Positions 1 to 9,437 of a DNA stretch of 64,000 bases are shown here, piece by piece; positions within the stretch are counted from its first letter, which is position 1; each line of letters opens with the position of its first letter. Under the pieces are notes generated by a model, which had not been told where the DNA came from, did no database searches, and was given only the letters and a program-made list of their open reading frames with translations. This DNA comes from Candidatus Multivoradales bacterium (GTDB lineage: Bacteria > Acidobacteriota > Thermoanaerobaculia > Multivoradales > JAHEKO01). The DNA is taken from NCBI GenBank assembly GCA_965223855.1, contig CBDCXM010000009.1, positions 160,001 through 224,000 of the forward strand, read 5' to 3'. Made by a program: the position numbers and the translations under genes.

Positions 1-3000
1 GCACCGGCAGGGACGCTCGCGATGTTGATGATGTTGTTCGGCCCGGCACCCGCCTCGACGTCGAAGTTCGACGCGATCTGCTCACCCGCGTCGGCGAAGT
101 CGCCGTCGGAGTTGAAGTCGATCCAGGCGTTGAGGATGCCGACGCCGTCGGCGTTCGTCCCGGTCGTGGCGCCGCCGGTGATCTGGATGTCGACCGAGGC
201 GCCCGGGTGGACCGGATGGAGGAAGACGACGCCGTCCTCGTCGTCGCCGTTGAGGTCGTTGTCGTCACCGAGGGCGTCGAAGGTCGGCTGACCGTCGGTC
301 TCGGTGTCGGGCGCGGTACCGAGGAACACGTTGCCGACCGAGGTCGTCTCGTGGTTGGCACCGTTGTTGGCCGAGAGCGTCGCGTACGGCCCGTCCGGCA
401 GATCGCCCCAGTCGAACTCGAGGGCGCGGAAGCCGAAGTCGTAGGTCGCTTCGACGTCGTTCTCCGTCGTCGGGTCGGCGGCATTCACCGTCATGTCGGT
501 GATGCCCTGCGTCGCGAAGGCGTCGACGCCGGCGGGGTCGTCGGAGTCACGGTTGTCGTCCGCGTTGCCGTTGACGTCCGTCATCGTCGACGGACCGACG
601 CCGGCAAGCGCCACGATGTTGTCGGCGTCCGCGAGGTCGATCGAGATCTCGTAGGTCGGCTCCGGCGCCACGCCGTCACCGTTGTAGTCCTCGTCGGCGA
701 GCAGGTTCTGGAACGCATAGGCCCCGGCCGTGTCGGTCGTCCGGATGAGCGTCACCACCGTGGCGTCGGGATAGGTGATCGTCAGCGTCACCTCGACGTT
801 CGGGATGCCGGTCGGATCGGTCGGATCCTGCAGACCGTTGAAGTCGTTGTCGATCCACACCCGGTTGCCGAGCGCCGCCAGATCGACGTAGTAACCGAAG
901 TCGACCGTCAGCACGTCGGGCGTGCCCGGCGTCAGCGTCACTCCGTAGGTGTCCGACTTGCTGGTGTCGTCGACTGCCTGGCTCTGGTCGCCCAGGGAGT
1001 GCCAGTAGCCGCCGAGCATGTCCATCGTGTCGGTGACATCCACGACGTAGTCGTAGCTGCCGCCGCCGTCGTCGACCGGCAGGTTCTGGAACAGGTAGTT
1101 GCCGTTGGCGTCGGTGACCGTGGAACCGATCTTCGGTTCGCCCGGATCGACGAGGCCGTTGCCGTTGGCGTCGTAGTAGAGGTCGAGTGTCTTGCCGGGG
1201 AGGCCGGGCTCGTCGTCGTCGTTGCCGGGGATGCCGTCCGGTCCGTTCGGGCCGTCGTTGATGCCGTCGGCGTTGGTGTCCTGCCAGACGAGATTGCCGA
1301 TCGAGCCGCTGGCACCGGCCGGCACGTAGCCGAAGTCCTGATCGAGGTCGATCGGGCCGGTCGTGTTGAGGTCGACGCCCGAGAGGCTGTCGTTACCACC
1401 GTCCGGATCGACCGAGTTGGTCAGGCCCGGGGGCAGAGTCGTCGTATCGACCTCGACCATGTAGGTCTCGGCCGGATCGAGGTTGCCGAAGAAGTAGTTG
1501 CCGTTCTCGTCGGTCACGGTCGAGGCGATCAGCACCTCATCGCCGTTGTTCGGGATCCCGTCGGGGTCGGTGTAGAGATTGACCGTCACCCCTTCGATGC
1601 CCTCGCCGTCGTCCGGCGCGCCGTTGGCGTTGGCGTCCAGGAACACGGTGTCGCCGATGCCGCCTTCGCCCGGATCCTGCGTCGGATCGGTGTAGCCGAA
1701 GTCCTGATCGAGATCGACCACCGGATTGGGGTCGGCGCTCGTCGGATCGAGCGAGACCGCGCCGGCGCCGTCTTCGTCGCCGTTGCCCGGCACGCCGTCG
1801 TCATCCGGGTCGCCGGTATTGAGCTGACCGTCGAGGATGTTGTCGGTGTCGGTCACGCAGACGACGTAGTTGCCGTCCGGCACGCCGTCGAAGAGGTAGT
1901 TGCCGTTCGCGTCGGTGATGTCGGAAGCGACGATCGGTTCGTCGTCGCCGCCACCCGGTACGCCGTCGTTGCCCAGCGGCTCCCAGATGCCGTCGCCGTC
2001 GAGATCGAGCGCCAGCTTCACGGTCACACCCGGGATACCGGGCTCGCCCGCGTCGAGGACGCCGTCGCCGTCGGTGTCGCTCCACACCGTGTCTCCGACC
2101 GTGTTGTCTTGGTCGGCCGGCGGCTGGTAGCCGAAGTCGGCGTTCAGGAACACGTCGCCCGGGCCGAGGATGATCGGATCGGTCGTCGTGTTGTCCGGGG
2201 CGCCGGCCGGCTGGCCGAAGTCGTCCGGATCGCCGGTCTGGGTGTAGCCGGCAGGCGGCGTCACGGTGACCGTGCACGCACTCGGCGTCAGACCGTCGAA
2301 GAGGTAGTTGCCGGTGGCGTCGGTCGTCGTCGAAGCGGCGACGTCGTCACCGGTGCCGAACTCACCGTCCGGTCCGGCGCACAGCAGATCCACCGTCACG
2401 CCGGCGAGTCCGAGCTCGTTCGGATCCTGCACCCCGTCGCCGTCGGCGTCGATCCACACCTTGTCGCCGATCGCCGCCGTGTTGGTGCCGCCGTTGACGT
2501 CGGTGTCCGGGTTGTAGTTGTAGCCGAAGTCGGCGGTGAGGTTCTCCTCACCCAGGCCGGCGGTCACCGGGTAGCCGTTGCCGCTGTGGTCCTGGTTGCC
2601 GAAATCGGAGGTCGGGTTGGTCGACGGAGTCGTTTGCGTGAGCCCTGCGGGAAGCGTGTTCGCCGTCGCGTCGGTGCCGTCGAAGACGTCGACGAAGTAG
2701 GCCGCGCTCGGCAGCAGGCCCGGGAACAGGTAGCCGCCGGCCGTGTCGGTCGCGGTCGTCGCGACGACCGTGTCGGGCACGCCGTCGCCGTCGGTGTCCT
2801 CGGAGAGCTGGACTACCGCGTTCGGAATCCCCGGCTCACCGGCGTCCTGCAGGCCGTCGGAGTTCTCGTCGACCCAGACGTAGTTGCCGATCGCCGCCGG
2901 CGGGACGCACAGATCGACCCGCGTCAGACCACCGCTCGTCGGGCCACCGATGCGCAGCTGCGAGACGCCATCGGTGTTGACGACCACGGTCTCCACCGAG

Positions 3001-6000
3001 TTGTCGCCGAAGTCGGGGATCGTCGGAACGCTGCTCAGCAGGTTGCCTGCCGCGTCGCGCGACTCGACATCCCACTCGGAATCGTCGATCACCTGAACGC
3101 CGGAAATGTAGATCGGCGTCGCGAAGTCGATCGTGAAGAAGCCGCCGGTGCCGTTGTCGTCCGGGTCGCTGGCGTCGCCGTCCTCGCTGATGATGAGGAT
3201 GTTGTCGAGCGCCGTGCAGTTCTCGCCCGCCTGACCGACCTCACCGCCGGTGCCGACGCCCGGCAGGGTGCCGTTGTTGAGACCGTCGTCACAGGTGTCG
3301 TTGGGCGAAGCGAGGTCCGGATCGCCGCCCGAGGCGACGTTCGAGTCGAAGATCATCAGCGGGCCGGTGCCGCCGCCGTTCACGCTCTCGAGCGCGAAGG
3401 TGACGCCGATCGCCGCCCACTGGTTGTCGACCGTCGCTCCGGAGGCGATCGACACGTTGGCCGCGTCGCGCTCGAAGTCGATCGTGTAGGGAACGCCCGT
3501 CTCGCAGATGAGCGACTCGGGGATGAAGCCGGCGTCGACCGACGTGTCGTTCGTGCCGACACCGACGATCACGTCGCCCGTGATCCCGGTCACCGGATCC
3601 GCGTCGCTGTCGGTCAGGTCGCTGCCGATGTTCTGGAGCGTCGGGTCGAAGCTTGCCGGCTCGACGAATTCGAGCCGGTAGGTGCCGGCCGGCAGGCCGG
3701 GAAACTCGTAGCTGCCGTCGAGCGCCGTCGTGGTCGTGATTGGCACGCCGTTGGCGTCGAGCACCGGGTTGTTGGCGCCGTCGAGCAGGTTGACGATCAC
3801 GCCCGGCAGGCCGGGCTCTCCGGCGTCCTGGATGCCGTCGCCGGCGGTACCGCCGCCCGCGCCGTTGTCGATCCAGACGAAGTCGCCGATCGCGCCGAGC
3901 ACGTAGTCCTCGACCTCACCGGTCGAGGCCGCACCGGTCACGGCGTCGCCGCCCTGTCCGGCGGCGTCGGTGATGCGGAAGCGGGCCGCCATGGTGCCGG
4001 TCGCGCCGGCCGGAACGGCCGCGATGTTGATCGTGTTGACGCCCGAGGCGATGTCGAGGTTGGCGGCGATCTGTTCGCCGGCGTCGGCGAAGTCGCCATC
4101 CGAGTTGAAGTCGATCCAGGCATTGAGAATACCGATCCCGTCGGCTCCTCCGCCGGTCGAGGCACAGCCGGTGACCTGGATGTCCGCCGCCGCGCCCGGG
4201 GTGAGCGGATCGAGGAACACCACTCCGTCCTCATCGTCGCCGTTGACGTCGGTGTCGTCCCCGGTCGCCGTCGCGTTCGGCTGGCCGTCGGTCTCCGAAT
4301 CGGGATCGGTGCCGATGCAGGTGTTGCCGACGCCGGTGATCTCGTGGTTCGGGCCGTTGCTGGCCGCAAGCGTCGCGTACGGGCCATCCGGCAGATCGCC
4401 CCAGTCGAACTCGAGGGCGCGGAAGCCGAAGTCGTAGACGTGACGGTTGTTGCCCGCACCCCCCGTCGTCACCGGGGTGATCGAGAAACCGGCGAGGATC
4501 GTCGAGTCGCCGTCGGAGTCACGCAGGTCGTCGTTGCCGTCGCCCACCGGGGCGGCATCGAGCAGTGTCGGGTTGAAGCCTGCCAGCGCTCCCTGCGTGG
4601 TGTCGACCCGCAGACAGTAGTTCGTCTCGTACTGGAGGCCACCGGTCACGTTTGCGTCGGTGAACAGATACTCCCCATCTCCCGCGGTGACGGTCGAGCC
4701 GACCTGAGTCTGATCGCCGGTCGTGCTGCAGTCACCGTCGGTGTCCTCGAGCAGGACCACGGTGACGCCGTTGAGCCCGGCCTCCAGTGGATCCTGAACG
4801 CCGTCGGCATCGCCGTCGTTCCAGATGCGGTTGCCGATCTCGAGAGGCGCCGGATCGCACAACCCCTCCACATCCCCGAGACCGCCCGCCTTGCCGAAGG
4901 TGTCGGGGTTCGATCGCAGGAAGAGCCGATACTGGTTGTCGCGCTCGCCGTCGGAGTGGCGGTACCAGTGCATTCCGCCGCTGAAGACATCGACACCCGC
5001 TGCGCTGTTGAGCGGGTCGTACACCGAAAGCGTCAGGTCGTCGTTGATCGGCACCTGGAAGAGACCGGCGAGAATCACCTCGTCGTGGATACCCGTCAGC
5101 GCATCCTCGAAGTAATACTCGCCATTGGCCGGCCCCTGTCCCGTTCCGGCCCCGGCCGTCGCCGTGCCACCGCAGCTCGCGTTGGCTTCGAGCGTCCACC
5201 CGGCGCCGTTCGAGCAGGCTCGCAGCAGGTCACCGGCAGCGTCGCCGCGCAGGAGCGTAGTGTTGCCGTTCGTGTCGTAGTCCGGGTCCGGCTCGTTGTC
5301 GTCGAAACTGGACTGATGGCCGAATCGATCCATGAAACCGAGAAGCAGGTCACCCTCGTCGAAATCGATGTCGAGCAGCCACGGCTGGGGGTACGCGCGC
5401 TCCGTCCCGAAGACGGGACCGAACACATCCGCGTAGTCGTCCGACCACGGCTGCCACTCGGCCTGAATCGAGCCGCCGGCTCCGGCATCCACAACGATCC
5501 CGCGAACGTAGTCGAGGTCCATCTGGAAGACCGGTGCACCGGAGAACGTGTCCGTGTCCGGATCGAAGGTGTGCACGTATGCCACGAGATCCGCGATCGT
5601 CGGGCCGTCACAGACCTGTCCGACGTAGACCAGACCGTCCTCGAAGGCCACCGCACCAGGACGCAGATTCCCGGTGCAAGCCGGCGTCGGCAGCGCGAAC
5701 TCGGTCGCCGTCGTCGGGGCGCTCGCCTGAACGGGAATCTCGATCAGCGTGTTCTCGAACAGGTTGGTGACATAGAGAAACGACTCGTCGTCGGCAATGT
5801 CCATGTCACCGAGAGAGATCTTGCCCACCTCGGCGTACGACGCTGGGTCGTAGGCCCAGCAGGTGTCGTTGTCGTTTGCGTTGCCGCAGGTGTCGGTCGG
5901 CTGAGGATGAGGATCTCCGCCGCCTCCCACGGTCGAGATTCCGGCCACGCTGTCCAGGTCGAGATACAGCGACACGGTCGGCGTTCCGGAAGCGTCGTCG

Positions 6001-6767
6001 ATCCGGTAGATGTGGCCGGTCTCGCCGAAGTTTCGGAAGCCGCTGTGGCGTTTCATGAAGGACGCGGCAAACAACGAGTCCGTAGTTCGCTGATAGGCGA
6101 GCCCCCAGGTCGTCCCGATCTGGGCACCTCGCGCGACCTCGGTCGGCGTCGGCACATCGACCGACCCGGCGTCACAGACCCCGTTGAGGTCTTCGTCGGC
6201 GCAGCCGGCGTTGTAGGGGAAGGAGACCAACACATCCTCGCCGGCAGCGGTGAAGACAGTTTGATCTCCCTTGAGATAGCAGTTCACCGCCAGCGTGGGG
6301 TCCGACTGGCAGTACTGTCCCGGGTTGGTCACGCCGAAGTCGACGCCCGTAGCGCCGTTAGCGGCGAAGACGACCGAGGTGTTGCCGGAGCCGCTCAGGC
6401 TCGCGCCGGGCTGGAAGTGATTGAGCGCCGCCGGGATGATGAACTCGACCCGGTAGTTGCCGGCGCCGAGGGTGAGGTTGTAGGTGCCGTCCGCTGCGGT
6501 GACGTCGCTGTCGACCGGGGTGTTGCCGCCGGCGAACGCCTGGACCGTGATGCCTGCGACGCCGGACTCGATGCCGCCGTCGTTGACACCGTCGAGATCG
6601 ACGTCACGAAACACCGTTCCGCTGATGTCGGCCGCGACCGGCGCCGCGAGCAGGGCGGCGGCAATCCAGCCGCACAACAGTGCCCTCCGCCTCGTCGACG
6701 CCGCCTTCTCCGACAGTGCGGTCCCAGGCGAACGCTCCCCCTTGCGATCAGAACTCAATAGACGCAT
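1..6767 (-). CDS. Giant secreted surface protein/adhesin with SdrD B-like (Cna-B) repeats and GEVED domains; 3' end lies outside the window
   Basis: Translated by hand from ATG at 6767 (RBS-like GAGGGAG): MRLLSSDRK...RRRALLCGWIAAALLAAPVAA-DISGTVFRDVDLDG, a signal peptide followed by an SdrD-B start. Repeated (I/L/V)G(N/D)x(V/I)(W/F)xD motifs occur near 6620, 4835, 3885, 2885, 2465, 2095, 1655, 1300 and 865, and ASTGEVEDYV near 3900-3930. Absent from the ORF track because it has no stop in the window. Confidence 0.92.
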   Translation of the reverse strand, partial: MRLLSSDRKGERSPGTALSEKAASTRRRALLCGWIAAALLAAPVAADISGTVFRDVDLDGVNDGGIESGVAGITVQAFAGGNTPVDSDVTAADGTYNLTLGAGNYRVEFIIPAALNHFQPGASLSGSGNTSVVFAANGATGVDFGVTNPGQYCQSDPTLAVNCYLKGDQTVFTAAGEDVLVSFPYNAGCADEDLNGVCDAGSVDVPTPTEVARGAQIGTTWGLAYQRTTDSLFAASFMKRHSGFRNFGETGHIYRIDDASGTPTVSLYLDLDSVAGISTVGGGGDPHPQPTDTCGNANDNDTCWAYDPASYAEVGKISLGDMDIADDESFLYVTNLFENTLIEIPVQASAPTTATEFALPTPACTGNLRPGAVAFEDGLVYVGQVCDGPTIADLVAYVHTFDPDTDTFSGAPVFQMDLDYVRGIVVDAGAGGSIQAEWQPWSDDYADVFGPVFGTERAYPQPWLLDIDFDEGDLLLGFMDRFGHQSSFDDNEPDPDYDTNGNTTLLRGDAAGDLLRACSNGAGWTLEANASCGGTATAGAGTGQGPANGEYYFEDALTGIHDEVILAGLFQVPINDDLTLSVYDPLNSAAGVDVFSGGMHWYRHSDGERDNQYRLFLRSNPDTFGKAGGLGDVEGLCDPAPLEIGNRIWNDGDADGVQDPLEAGLNGVTVVLLEDTDGDCSTTGDQTQVGSTVTAGDGEYLFTDANVTGGLQYETNYCLRVDTTQGALAGFNPTLLDAAPVGDGNDDLRDSDGDSTILAGFSITPVTTGGAGNNRHVYDFGFRALEFDWGDLPDGPYATLAASNGPNHEITGVGNTCIGTDPDSETDGQPNATATGDDTDVNGDDEDGVVFLDPLTPGAAADIQVTGCASTGGGADGIGILNAWIDFNSDGDFADAGEQIAANLDIASGVNTINIAAVPAGATGTMAARFRITDAAGQGGDAVTGAASTGEVEDYVLGAIGDFVWIDNGAGGGTAGDGIQDAGEPGLPGVIVNLLDGANNPVLDANGVPITTTTALDGSYEFPGLPAGTYRLEFVEPASFDPTLQNIGSDLTDSDADPVTGITGDVIVGVGTNDTSVDAGFIPESLICETGVPYTIDFERDAANVSIASGATVDNQWAAIGVTFALESVNGGGTGPLMIFDSNVASGGDPDLASPNDTCDDGLNNGTLPGVGTGGEVGQAGENCTALDNILIISEDGDASDPDDNGTGGFFTIDFATPIYISGVQVIDDSEWDVESRDAAGNLLSSVPTIPDFGDNSVETVVVNTDGVSQLRIGGPTSGGLTRVDLCVPPAAIGNYVWVDENSDGLQDAGEPGIPNAVVQLSEDTDGDGVPDTVVATTATDTAGGYLFPGLLPSAAYFVDVFDGTDATANTLPAGLTQTTPSTNPTSDFGNQDHSGNGYPVTAGLGEENLTADFGYNYNPDTDVNGGTNTAAIGDKVWIDADGDGVQDPNELGLAGVTVDLLCAGPDGEFGTGDDVAASTTTDATGNYLFDGLTPSACTVTVTPPAGYTQTGDPDDFGQPAGAPDNTTTDPIILGPGDVFLNADFGYQPPADQDNTVGDTVWSDTDGDGVLDAGEPGIPGVTVKLALDLDGDGIWEPLGNDGVPGGGDDEPIVASDITDANGNYLFDGVPDGNYVVCVTDTDNILDGQLNTGDPDDDGVPGNGDEDGAGAVSLDPTSADPNPVVDLDQDFGYTDPTQDPGEGGIGDTVFLDANANGAPDDGEGIEGVTVNLYTDPDGIPNNGDEVLIASTVTDENGNYFFGNLDPAETYMVEVDTTTLPPGLTNSVDPDGGNDSLSGVDLNTTGPIDLDQDFGYVPAGASGSIGNLVWQDTNADGINDGPNGPDGIPGNDDDEPGLPGKTLDLYYDANGNGLVDPGEPKIGSTVTDANGNYLFQNLPVDDGGGSYDYVVDVTDTMDMLGGYWHSLGDQSQAVDDTSKSDTYGVTLTPGTPDVLTVDFGYYVDLAALGNRVWIDNDFNGLQDPTDPTGIPNVEVTLTITYPDATVVTLIRTTDTAGAYAFQNLLADEDYNGDGVAPEPTYEISIDLADADNIVALAGVGPSTMTDVNGNADDNRDSDDPAGVDAFATQGITDMTVNAADPTTENDVEATYDFGFRALEFDWGDLPDGPYATLSANNGANHETTSVGNVFLGTAPDTETDGQPTFDALGDDNDLNGDDEDGVVFLHPVHPGASVDIQITGGATTGTNADGVGILNAWIDFNSDGDFADAGEQIASNFDVEAGAGPNNIINIASVPAG
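377..4437 (-). repeat. Intragenic duplication of the GEVED module: 377-444 and 4370-4437 are near-identical and 3993 bp apart
   Basis: 68-nt segments with 2 mismatches, encoding YDFGFRALEFDWGDLPDGPYAT; similarity continues at about 73-134 vs about 4066-4127 (LNAWIDFNSDGDFADAGEQIA). Confidence 0.85.
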
Positions 6768-7106
6768 GACGACTCCCTCGATGTGATGCAACCCCTGGCT
6801 GATACGCGGTGCCGCCTCCCTGGGGCGGCACACCCTTCGATTTCATGGATCCATCCCAGTGTAAAAAGTCACAACCGGATCACGAACTATCTCACCCGAA
6901 GACGCACCTTGTCCAGAAAAGAAGTCACGGCGGCGGGGGTCCGAGAAGCGCCTTTCCGGCATCGTCGGGGCGAGCCTTCGAGGCCCCTTTCGACGACGGT
7001 CGAACCCGGTTCTCGGGCGCTACCCCCGTGCCACGACGCCGGCCGTCTCCGAAGCGGCGGCCCCGTGCCCGGCGGCGTCTCGCGCCTCTTCCCGTCGGGG
7101 GCCCGA

Positions 7107-7548
7107 TCAGCCGGAGTTCCCGCCGCCGCCGGCCGCTACCCAGGCGCGGTGGTCGGCGAGCAGGCAACGGTCCTGCACAACCCCGATTCCGGCTTCCTCG
7201 AGCCGCCGTGCGACCTCGTCGTTGCGGATGCCGAGCTGGAACCAGATCCACCGGGGCGGCGGCTCGATCGCCAGTAGCTCGTCGAGGTGGCCGGGAAGGT
7301 GTGCGCTCCGGCGGAAGACATCGACCACGTCGATCGGCTCGGTCAAATCTTCCAGGCTCGCGACGACCGTCTCGCCCCACAACTCGCGGCCGGCGAACAC
7401 CGGGTTGACCGGCAGGATCCGATAGGCGCGATCGGCGAGGTAGTCCGGCACGTAGTGCGCCGGCTTTGTTCGGGTCGACGTGGGCGCCGAGGACGGCGAT
7501 GGTCTTCGCCTCGGCCAGGATGGTCTCGACGGCGTCAGGCAGCGGCAT
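7107..7548 (-). pseudogene. CoA-binding protein (YccU-like) split by a +1 frameshift, probably a sequencing error
   Basis: MPLPDAVETILAEAKTIAVLGAHVDPNK is in one frame and PAHYVPDYL...ILPVNP...IDVVDVFRRS...WIWFQLGIRNDEVA in another; removing one T from TTT at 7465-7467 joins them. Confidence 0.8.
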
Positions 7549-7629
7549 CGTGACAGGGACTCCTTCCTCGCCGGCTACCGCCCGGCGACAGGCGCCACGA
7601 TACACTCGCCTTTTCTGGAGGAACCTCGC

Positions 7630-8160
7630 ATGAAGTCCTGTTCTCGTGGAATCGTCGTCTCGGTGGGGGTCGGACTGGCCCTCCTCACGACCGGCTGCGC
7701 CACCGTCGGGTTCACCCCGCCGGACATCACTCTCGTCGATGTCGCCTTCAGTGACCTGACGCTGTTCGAAAGCTCCGGCCGGCTGACGGTGCGGATCGCC
7801 AACGAGAACAGCGATCCGATCGTCGTCGACGGGGGCGTCTACAACCTCTACCTCAACGGCATCAGGGTCGGAAAGGGGCTCACGGACGCCAACTTCGAAG
7901 TCGCCCGCCTCAGCTCGGCGACCACCGACATCGAAGTCTTCATCAACAACATCGCCCTCGCCACCCGGCTGCGACAGATCATCGATTCGGGCTCGGTCGA
8001 CTACCGGCTCAAGGGGAAGCTGTTTCTCGATCGCCTCGGCCGCCGGGCGCAGCGCTTCGACCGCTCGGGCCGCTACGAGTTCAAGCGACGCAACGACGGC
8101 GATCCTCTCGACCTGGAGGGCACTCCCTTCGACTCGACCGACTCCGGCGGGCCGCGCTGA
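7630..8160 (+). CDS. LEA type 2 / WHy-domain lipoprotein
   Basis: Lipobox LLTTGC, then beta-sandwich pattern PPDITLVDV...LTVRIANENSDPIVVDGGVYNLYLNG...VGKG...VDYRLKG; GGAGG RBS before ATG 7630. Confidence 0.8.
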   Translation: MKSCSRGIVVSVGVGLALLTTGCATVGFTPPDITLVDVAFSDLTLFESSGRLTVRIANENSDPIVVDGGVYNLYLNGIRVGKGLTDANFEVARLSSATTDIEVFINNIALATRLRQIIDSGSVDYRLKGKLFLDRLGRRAQRFDRSGRYEFKRRNDGDPLDLEGTPFDSTDSGGPR

Positions 8161-8287
8161 CGAGCCGAAGCGCCTCACCGGAACAAACCACGAGCGTGCT
8201 CCGTACGGCAGCACGAGTGCATCGAAGCTCCCTCAGCGGAGCCTGTCCGAGCCCCGCCGGCTCGCGATTCGGAAAGGAAACACCACC

Positions 8288-9379
8288 ATGAGCATCCTCG
8301 AATTCCTCAAGGGCGAACTGCTCGAGATCATCGAGTGGACCGACGACTCCCGCGACATCCTCTGCTACCGCTTCCCCGACGACGACAAGGCGATCAAGCG
8401 CGGTGCGCAGCTCATCGTGCGCGAGTCGCAGGTCGCGCAGTTCGTCTACCTCGGCGAGTTCGGCGACACGTTCGGGCCCGGCAAGCACACCCTCGTCACC
8501 GACAACATCCCGATCCTGACGCGGCTCAAGTCTTGGAAGTACGGGCTCGAGTCGCCGTTCAAGGCCGACGTCTACTACGTCAACACGAGGCTTTTCACCG
8601 GCAACAAGTGGGGCACCGCCAACCCGATCATGATGCGCGACGAGGATTTCGGCATCGTCCGGGCGCGCGCCTTCGGCACCTTCGACTTCCGGATCGTCGA
8701 CGCGAAGCTGTTCCTCAAGGAGGTGGCCGGCTCCGATCACAACTTCCGCCTCGAGGAGTTCAGCGACACGATGCGCTCGCGCGTGGTGAGCACCTTCGCC
8801 GACGCGCTGGCGTCGTCGAACATCCCGGTGCTCGACGCGGCAACCCGCTACACCGAGCTCGGCGATGCGTTGCTGCCGGTGATCAACCCGGTGATGGTCG
8901 GCAAGTACGGCATCGAGATCGCCAGCTTCATCATCGAGAACGTCTCCGTGCCCAAGGAGGTCGAGGAGGCGATCGACAAGCGTTCGAGCATGGCCGCGGT
9001 GGGCGACCTCAACGAGTACGTCAAGTTCCAGATGGCGCAGGGGATGGCACAGGGCGGCGGCGGTTCGGCCGGTACGGCGACCGAGCTCGCGGTCGGCTTC
9101 GCCGTCGCGCAGCAGATGATGCAGCAACAGGGCGGCATCCTCGGCACCGCGTCGCCCGAAGCCCCCGGAGTCGGGCCGGCCAAGCCTCGACCGCCCGTAC
9201 AACCGCAGGTACAGACTCAGATTCCCGATCTGCTGACGCCGGCTCAGGCGGCCCAGGCGATGGGGGTCGAGGAGAGCGACGTGATGACGGTCATCGAAGC
9301 GGGTGAGCTCAAGGCGAAGAAGATCGGCTCGGCCTACCGCATCCGGCGCGACGCTCTCGAAGCGTTCCTGGCCGACTGA
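8288..9379 (+). CDS. SPFH/band-7 (YdjI / virion-core-like) protein with C-terminal excisionase-type HTH
   Basis: IIEWTDDS...GAQLIVRESQ...FGPGKHTL...KWGTANPIMMRD; C-terminus LLTPAQAAQAMGV...IEAGELKAKKIGSAYRIRRDALEAFL; RBS AAGGAAA. Confidence 0.88.
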   Translation: MSILEFLKGELLEIIEWTDDSRDILCYRFPDDDKAIKRGAQLIVRESQVAQFVYLGEFGDTFGPGKHTLVTDNIPILTRLKSWKYGLESPFKADVYYVNTRLFTGNKWGTANPIMMRDEDFGIVRARAFGTFDFRIVDAKLFLKEVAGSDHNFRLEEFSDTMRSRVVSTFADALASSNIPVLDAATRYTELGDALLPVINPVMVGKYGIEIASFIIENVSVPKEVEEAIDKRSSMAAVGDLNEYVKFQMAQGMAQGGGGSAGTATELAVGFAVAQQMMQQQGGILGTASPEAPGVGPAKPRPPVQPQVQTQIPDLLTPAQAAQAMGVEESDVMTVIEAGELKAKKIGSAYRIRRDALEAFLAD

Positions 9380-9437
9380 CGCGGCCGGCAACCTCCGGCA
9401 ACTTCGAGGGGGTCGAGATGGCAGTCTGGATGCGGCG

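Noticed and set aside
207-6761. 2184-aa plus-strand ORF
   Set aside because: Antisense shadow of the real minus-strand adhesin; V/R/G-rich with no recognisable motifs, as expected from GC3 bias on the opposite strand.
9225-9376. Excisionase-like HTH as evidence of a prophage or integrative element
   Set aside because: It is fused in frame to the SPFH protein, and there is no integrase, att site or phage gene in the window.
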